Sequence record: SRR31156797_4018 | Length of the DNA stretch: 64,000 nt | Reading direction: 5' to 3' (one strand) | In this document: positions 57,739-64,000 of the stretch, piece after piece | Numbering within the stretch: position 1 is the stretch's first letter | Layout of the letters: each line of letters opens with the position of its first letter | Notes under the pieces: model-generated | The model's database searches: none | Seen by the model: only the letters and a program-made list of their open reading frames with translations | Told to the model about the DNA's origin: nothing | Made by a program: the position numbers and the translations under genes

Positions 57739-60054
57739 CTATTTTTTCTTTTTTGAGCCTTTTTTATTTTGTCCTTTTTCGATGATTTCAATACACTGCT
57801 CATATGTCAATGTTTTTGGATCTATTGATTTTGGTACACGGTAATTCTTTCTCTTATGTGTGATATATGGACCATATTTCCCGTTTTGAACTTTTATCTT
57901 CTCCTTTTCATCAAAAACTTTAATTAGTTTTTTAGCATCTGCTTCGCGCTTTTGTTCAATAAGTTCAATTGCTCTTTCTAAGTTAATAGAATAAGGGTCA
58001 TCCTCTTTACTCAAACTTGCAAATAAGCTGTCGTATCTAACATAAGGACCAAATCGACCTATTGCTACACTCACTTTTTTACCATCTAATTCACCTAACT
58101 GACGTGGTAATTTAAATAACTCCAATGCCTCTTCTAATGAGATAGTTTCAATATGCTGATCGCGGCGTAATGAGGCAAATTGTGGCTTTTCTTCATCTTC
58201 TGCTGTTCCAATTTGTGCAATTGGTCCATATTTCCCAATTCTAACCAACACAGGACGGCCAGACTCTGGATCATCGCCTAATATCCTCTCACCAGATTTT
58301 CTTTCAGAGTGCTCTTCAGCAAATTCAACTGTTTGATGAAATGGCTTATAGAATTCATCAATCATTGCGCTCCACTGTCTTTTACCCTCAGCGATGCTAT
58401 CAAATTCTTTCTCCACGTTTGCTGTAAAGCTATAATCCATAACATGATCAAAATGCTCAATTAAATAGTCGTTAACAACCATGCCTACATCTGTTGGGAA
58501 AAGCTTACTTTTTTCACTTCCATACGTTTCAGTTTTCTTAGTGGCTTTGATTTCATCATTTTTAAAAACTATCTCCTGAATATTTCGCTCTTTTCCTGGT
58601 CGATCTTCTTTTACCACATAATTTCTTTTCTGAATAGTAGAAATTGTTGGCGCATATGTTGATGGACGGCCAATTCCAAGTTCTTCTAATTTCTTAACAA
58701 GTGTAGCTTCAGTATAACGAGCAGGTTGGTTTGAAAACCTCTCAGTTGCCCTAGATGACAATAAACTTAATGTATCACCCTCTTTTAAAGGAGGCAATAA
58801 CCCTCTCACATCTTCCGCATTATCGTCATCGGTTGATTCAATGTAAACTTTTAAGAAACCATCAAAAAGCAATACTTCTCCCTGAGCATTAAACTTAAAC
58901 TCCGGATTATTCTGAACCGGTATCGTAATAGTTGTTTTTTCCAATTTAGCATCGGCCATTTGAGAGGCAATTGTCCTTTTCCAGATTAATGAATAAAGCT
59001 TTTGTTCTCCACTTTGAGCATCAACCATTTGATTTTGCATATAAGTTGGTCGAATTGCCTCGTGAGCTTCTTGCGCCCCTTTTGCTTTAGTTGAATATCT
59101 TCTTGCTTTATGGTAATTCTCTCCAAAATTGGATTTAATTTCTTTTTCAGCAGCTGCAATAGCATCGTTTGAGAGGTTTACAGAATCGGTACGCATATAG
59201 GTAATATGACCAGCCTCATATAGCCGTTGAGCTAACGACATGGTTTGGGATACCGAAAACCCAAATTTACGTGCAGCCTCCTGTTGCAATGTTGAAGTAG
59301 TAAATGGAGCAGCAGGGCTCTTTTTACCGGGTTTTTTCAGAACACTTGAAACTTTGTAATCTAATCCTTTTATGTTCTCATAAAACTCATTTACTTGCTT
59401 AGCTGTTTTTAATCGTTTATTTAACTCTGCAGAAAGCTTAATTTTCCCAGATTGTTTTTCTTCAAATTCTCCAACAACCTTAAATGCTGAAACTGGCTCA
59501 AAACCAATAATTTCACGTTCACGCTCAACCAATAGCCGAACAGCTACAGATTGCACTCGCCCAGCAGAAAGAGATGGTTTAACCTTTTTCCATAATAGTG
59601 GTGATAACTCAAAACCAACTAATCTATCAAGTACTCTTCTGGCCTGTTGCGCATTTACTAGATTATAATCAATTTCTCTCGGGTTCTCTATTGCATGCTG
59701 AATAGCTTTTGGTGTAATCTCATGAAAAACAATTCGTTTTGTTTTTCCAGCCTCTAATTTTAAAACCTCGAACAAGTGCCATGCTATAGCTTCTCCTTCA
59801 CGATCTTCATCAGATGCTAACCAAACCATCTCAGCATTCTTACTGGCATCTCTCAATTCTTTGATAACATTTTTCTTATCAGAAGATTGAATGTATTTAG
59901 GTTTATATCCTTTTTCTTTATCTATTCCAAGATCCTTTTTTGCTAAGTCCCGAATGTGTCCATAACTTGACATTACAGTATAATCCTTACCCAAAAACTT
60001 TTCTATTGTTTTTGCTTTGGCCGGTGACTCAACTATTACCAGGTTTTTTATCAT
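57739..60054 (-). CDS. topA: DNA topoisomerase I
   Basis: LVIVESPAKAKTI, ASDEDREGE, SAGRVQS, ITYMRTDS; ATG 60054; TAGCTTTG -7 element at 60092-99. Confidence 0.97.
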   Translation of the reverse strand: MIKNLVIVESPAKAKTIEKFLGKDYTVMSSYGHIRDLAKKDLGIDKEKGYKPKYIQSSDKKNVIKELRDASKNAEMVWLASDEDREGEAIAWHLFEVLKLEAGKTKRIVFHEITPKAIQHAIENPREIDYNLVNAQQARRVLDRLVGFELSPLLWKKVKPSLSAGRVQSVAVRLLVEREREIIGFEPVSAFKVVGEFEEKQSGKIKLSAELNKRLKTAKQVNEFYENIKGLDYKVSSVLKKPGKKSPAAPFTTSTLQQEAARKFGFSVSQTMSLAQRLYEAGHITYMRTDSVNLSNDAIAAAEKEIKSNFGENYHKARRYSTKAKGAQEAHEAIRPTYMQNQMVDAQSGEQKLYSLIWKRTIASQMADAKLEKTTITIPVQNNPEFKFNAQGEVLLFDGFLKVYIESTDDDNAEDVRGLLPPLKEGDTLSLLSSRATERFSNQPARYTEATLVKKLEELGIGRPSTYAPTISTIQKRNYVVKEDRPGKERNIQEIVFKNDEIKATKKTETYGSEKSKLFPTDVGMVVNDYLIEHFDHVMDYSFTANVEKEFDSIAEGKRQWSAMIDEFYKPFHQTVEFAEEHSERKSGERILGDDPESGRPVLVRIGKYGPIAQIGTAEDEEKPQFASLRRDQHIETISLEEALELFKLPRQLGELDGKKVSVAIGRFGPYVRYDSLFASLSKEDDPYSINLERAIELIEQKREADAKKLIKVFDEKEKIKVQNGKYGPYITHKRKNYRVPKSIDPKTLTYEQCIEIIEKGQNKKGSKKKK

Positions 60055-60377
60055 ATAATCAGAGATTTTTATCAGCAATTAATCTAAAGTGCAAAGCTAA
60101 CAGATTTAAAATTCAATATGTTTAATTTGAATAAATCTAATTTGCCAAACTTGGGCACAAAAATAACAGAAAAGTATTAAGCAATGCAAAAATTGTATTT
60201 TTTCACAATTTATTAAGGATCATTTTAGTTAAGTAAAACAATAAATAAACCAGTAATAAATAATTATATTAAGCAAAATCAATCGTCCTTTTTTTGCCCA
60301 ATATTTATAATAATAAGTTTTTACCCTTATTTTTGCAGATAAAATTGAGCCAATATTAAGCTTCTCAATCATAAATT

Positions 60378-62747
60378 ATGGAACAAACTGAAAATACAAA
60401 GCCAAAAAGAAAATATAAAAAGTTCGTAATAATCTTTTGGTCTATACTAATTCTCCCGGTTCTAAGCTTCCTAATTCTATTTTCTCTTATTGCTGGAGGT
60501 AAAATGGGATTTATGCCAACTTTTGAAGACTTAGAAAATCCAGACAACAATGTACCTTCACAGGTATATTCTGCTGATAAAGTGCATATTGCCAATTACT
60601 TTAGGGAAAACAGAACATATGTAACATTTGATGAATTATCTCCAAATGTAATTAATGCACTTATTGCAACTGAAGATTATCGTTTTGAAAAACATGCTGG
60701 CATTGATGGTATTGCATTACTACGTGTGCTTTATGGAGTTGTTACAGGAAATCACAAAGGAGGTGGAAGTACAATCACCCAACAGTTGGCAAAAAACCTA
60801 TTTCCAAGGGATACAACTAATTATGGGTCAAAAATGTCCTATTATGCCAATTTAACCCTAACAAAATTCAAAGAATGGGTGACTGCTGTTAAATTAGAAC
60901 GAAATTATACCAAAGAAGAAATTCTTGTTATGTACCTAAATGAGGTTTACTTTGGTTATCATTCTTTTGGAATTAAAATAGCAGCTAAAACTTTTTTTAA
61001 CACAACACCAAATAAACTTACAGTAAATCAGGCAGCTACACTAATAGGCTTACTTAGAGCACCCTCTTACTATAACCCTGTAAGACATCCTGAAAGATCG
61101 AAACACAGAAGAAATGTAGTGTTAAATCAAATGAAGAAATATAATTTTTTAACACAAGAAGCTTTTGATACTTTATCACAAAAACCTGTGGAATTAAATT
61201 TCATGGTTCAGGATCATAATGTAGGTCTAGCCACTTACTTGAGAGAGCATTTAAGGTTAAAACTCAATAGGGATAATCCATTTGAGAAAGAATATAGAAA
61301 TAAAAAACAATTTGAAATTGATTCAGCAAACTGGGTTGATGACCCTTTGTATGGTTGGTGTAAGAAAAATTTCAAACCCAATGGAGAACCTTATGATCTA
61401 TACAAAGATGGCTTAAAAATATACACTACTATTGATTCTCGCATGCAAAAATATGCTGAAGAGGCCATGGTTGAGCATTTAAGCAAAGATCTTCAGGTTG
61501 CCTTTATGAATGAAAAAAAATACAGTAAAAAAGGGCCTTTTAGTGATGAATTAGAAAAAGAGCAAATAGAGCAAATCCTAAAAAACACAAAAAGACGAAG
61601 TGCAAGATACTGGAACATGAATAAATCAGGAAAGTCTGCTGAAGAAATTGAAAAGGCTTTCAATACGCCAACTGAAATGTCAGTCTTTAGTTACAATGGT
61701 GAAATAGATACTGTTATGACACCATGGGATTCAATTATGTATTATAAATACTTCTTACACAGCGGATTTATGGCTGTTGACCCACAAAATGGACACGTTA
61801 AAGCTTATGTTGGTGGTATTAATTTCAAACATTTCAAATACGATAATATTTCAGATGGAAAAAGACAGGTAGGGTCAACATTCAAGCCTTTCTTATACAC
61901 ACTTGCCATGCAAGAAGGTTATTCTCCCTGCTATAAAGTACCAAATGTACCCGTGACATTTGCACTTCCGAATGGCGAAACCTGGACTCCTGAAAGTGTA
62001 GGTCCAGAAAGGTTTAAGAGAAAAACCATTACACTTAAAACCGGGCTTGCACACTCTATAAATAACATTTCAGCCTGGCTAATGCAACAATTTAAACCTA
62101 AAGCGGTAATCGATATAACCAGATTAATGGGTGTAGAAAGTTATATTCCTGAAGTGCCTTCAATTGCACTTGGCTCAGCCGACCTTAGTCTTTATGAAAT
62201 GGTAGGTGCTTATACTACTTATGCAAACAAAGGAATACATACAGAACCATTATTTGTAACCCACATCGAAGATAAAAATGGTAATTTATTAGGAAAATTC
62301 CAGGCACGAAAAAACGAAGCTATTTCTGAAAATGCGGCATATTTAATGCTCAACTTACTGGAAGGAGTTGTAAATGCCGGAACAAGTATTAGATTAAGGT
62401 TAACATATGAATTAGAAGGACAAATTGCAGGAAAAACCGGCACAACGAATAATCAATCTGACGGATGGTTTATGGGTATTGTTCCAAAACTTGTGGCCGG
62501 AGTATGGACCGGTGGTGAAGAACGCTCCATTCATTTCGATGGAATCTCGCTGGGACAAGGTGCAAATATGGCCCTTCCTATCTATGCCTTATTCTTGCAA
62601 AAAGTATATAATGATCCAGATCTAAATATTTCTCCAGAAGATGAATTCGAAAAACCTAAAAACTTTTTCATGAACCTTGATTGTGATGAGGAATTCGATG
62701 AAACACAAATTGATAAAGATCAGGATGATGATGAATTTTTTAATTAA
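60378..62747 (+). CDS. mrcA: Class A penicillin-binding protein (PBP1A)
   Basis: TM anchor; EDYRF..H.GID, GGSTITQQLAK; transpeptidase STFK, SIN, KTGT; TATTTTTG -7 element at 60328-35. Confidence 0.9.
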   Translation: MEQTENTKPKRKYKKFVIIFWSILILPVLSFLILFSLIAGGKMGFMPTFEDLENPDNNVPSQVYSADKVHIANYFRENRTYVTFDELSPNVINALIATEDYRFEKHAGIDGIALLRVLYGVVTGNHKGGGSTITQQLAKNLFPRDTTNYGSKMSYYANLTLTKFKEWVTAVKLERNYTKEEILVMYLNEVYFGYHSFGIKIAAKTFFNTTPNKLTVNQAATLIGLLRAPSYYNPVRHPERSKHRRNVVLNQMKKYNFLTQEAFDTLSQKPVELNFMVQDHNVGLATYLREHLRLKLNRDNPFEKEYRNKKQFEIDSANWVDDPLYGWCKKNFKPNGEPYDLYKDGLKIYTTIDSRMQKYAEEAMVEHLSKDLQVAFMNEKKYSKKGPFSDELEKEQIEQILKNTKRRSARYWNMNKSGKSAEEIEKAFNTPTEMSVFSYNGEIDTVMTPWDSIMYYKYFLHSGFMAVDPQNGHVKAYVGGINFKHFKYDNISDGKRQVGSTFKPFLYTLAMQEGYSPCYKVPNVPVTFALPNGETWTPESVGPERFKRKTITLKTGLAHSINNISAWLMQQFKPKAVIDITRLMGVESYIPEVPSIALGSADLSLYEMVGAYTTYANKGIHTEPLFVTHIEDKNGNLLGKFQARKNEAISENAAYLMLNLLEGVVNAGTSIRLRLTYELEGQIAGKTGTTNNQSDGWFMGIVPKLVAGVWTGGEERSIHFDGISLGQGANMALPIYALFLQKVYNDPDLNISPEDEFEKPKNFFMNLDCDEEFDETQIDKDQDDDEFFN

Positions 62748-62759
62748 AATATAAAGTAA

Positions 62760-64000
62760 ATGACAGTAAGAGTAAGATTCGCACCAAGTCCTACAGGACC
62801 ATTACATATAGGAGGAGTAAGAACAGCATTATTTAATTATTTATTTGCTAAAAGAAACAATGGAAAATTCCTTCTTAGAATTGAAGATACAGATCAGAGC
62901 AGATTTGTTGAAGGAGCTGAAGAATATATCATTGAATCATTAAATTGGTGTGGAATTAATATAGATGAAGGGCAATCTGCAGGTGGAGAATATGGCCCTT
63001 ATAAGCAATCCGAAAGAAAAGAGTTGTATAAAAAATATGCTGATGAGTTAATTGAAAATGGTCATGCATATTATGCTTTTGACACTCCGGAAGAAATTGC
63101 AGAACTTCGTCAAAAAGCAGAGGCAGAAGGTGAAAATTTCATTTATAATTTTGAGTCTCGCCAGAAATTAAACAATTCGCTCACGATTAGCGATTCAGAA
63201 GTTAATGAAAAAATTCACAGTGGTACTCCATATGTCATTAGATTTAAAATACCTCAAAATACAATCATTAAAATGAATGATATTGTCAGAGGCACTATTG
63301 AGGTTAACACAAACACATTAGATGACAAAGTTTTGTTTAAATCAGATGGTTTACCAACATATCACCTTGCAAATATTGTGGATGACCATTTAATGAAAAT
63401 TTCACACGTAATTAGAGGCGAAGAATGGTTGCCATCACTCCCACTGCACTACATGCTATATGATGCTTTAGGATGGAAAAATGAAAAACCTGTATTTGCT
63501 CATCTACCCCTATTGCTCAAACCTACAGGTAAAGGAAAACTAAGCAAACGTGATGGAGATAAAATGGGGTTTCCAGTTTTTCCACTTGAATGGAAGGGAG
63601 AAGACGGCGAAATTTCCAGAGGATACCGTGAAGATGGTTACTTTCCTGAGGCTTTCATCAATATGTTGGCGTTGCTAGGTTGGAATCCCGGAACAGAGCA
63701 AGAAATACTCTCAATAGAAGAAATGATTTCTCTATTTGATTTAGAAAAAGTACAAAAAGCAGGAGCCAGATTTGATCCTGAAAAAGCAAAATGGTTCAAT
63801 CATAAATATTTACAAAATAAAACGGCAAACGAACTCTTAAACCCTTTCCAGAACTTAATCCAAGAAAAAGGAATTGAAATCAATACTGAACGGGATTTAA
63901 AAATTATTGAAATGGTAAAAGAGAGGGCTTCATTTATATATGAATTATGGGATCATTCTTATTTCTTTTACGAAACACCCGTTGAATATGATGCCAAGGT
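62760..64000 (+). CDS. gltX: Glutamate--tRNA ligase, truncated by the window end (absent from the ORF track)
   Basis: [19 protein letters not shown] (HIGH), RIEDTD, IRGEEW, KLSKR. Confidence 0.96.
   Translation, partial: MTVRVRFAPSPTGPLHIGGVRTALFNYLFAKRNNGKFLLRIEDTDQSRFVEGAEEYIIESLNWCGINIDEGQSAGGEYGPYKQSERKELYKKYADELIENGHAYYAFDTPEEIAELRQKAEAEGENFIYNFESRQKLNNSLTISDSEVNEKIHSGTPYVIRFKIPQNTIIKMNDIVRGTIEVNTNTLDDKVLFKSDGLPTYHLANIVDDHLMKISHVIRGEEWLPSLPLHYMLYDALGWKNEKPVFAHLPLLLKPTGKGKLSKRDGDKMGFPVFPLEWKGEDGEISRGYREDGYFPEAFINMLALLGWNPGTEQEILSIEEMISLFDLEKVQKAGARFDPEKAKWFNHKYLQNKTANELLNPFQNLIQEKGIEINTERDLKIIEMVKERASFIYELWDHSYFFYETPVEYDAK

Noticed and set aside
2210-62625. Numerous 60-160 aa ORFs antisense to, or out of frame within, long genes (e.g. 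2210-2509, 9043-9522, 27784-28143, 43349-43693, 45441-45830)
   Set aside because: Shadow ORFs overlapping well-supported genes, with no recognisable motifs
1-64000. tRNA, rRNA, riboswitch, IS transposase, integrase or prophage genes
   Set aside because: None recognisable by eye; a covariance-model search was not possible

Overview
AT-rich chromosomal segment of a Bacteroidota bacterium. The assignment rests on T9SS/gliding genes, TAnnTTTG -7 promoters and DUF4492-cydAB; a Bacteroidia/Marinilabiliales-like lineage is an inference. Contents in order: cytochrome bd operon; surface-glycan genes (GT4s, CpsB phosphatase, rfbB, galE, FkbM, Wzx, RmlD-like, ManC); a His-rich leader ORF + TonB-dependent receptor + two DUF4625-like His-rich lipoproteins (metal-uptake operon); S8 protease; an OmpR-type two-component system followed by a candidate sRNA; a ten-gene arsenic cluster interrupted by a repeat-flanked four-helix-bundle gene; an AraC-TPR/ankyrin/acyltransferase module; comM; two T9SS-secreted proteins (GH13 and a novel repeat protein) behind a tandem LacI-type operator; porP-gldKLMN; topA; PBP1A; and gltX cut off by the window end. 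Best leads: (1) a His-rich leader peptide ending in the RAPP ribosome-arrest motif, with a hairpin/U-tract directly under the predicted stalled ribosome, ahead of the metal-uptake genes; (2) an Avd/23S-IVP-like gene whose flanks are complementary short-repeat arrays able to loop the gene out of the ars mRNA; (3) a structured ~120-nt candidate sRNA; (4) an unnamed Trp-conserved domain repeated with an exact 714-bp period next to an amylase. No CRISPR array, rRNA, tRNA, transposase or integrase was seen. All family calls come from motif recognition by eye, not database searches.
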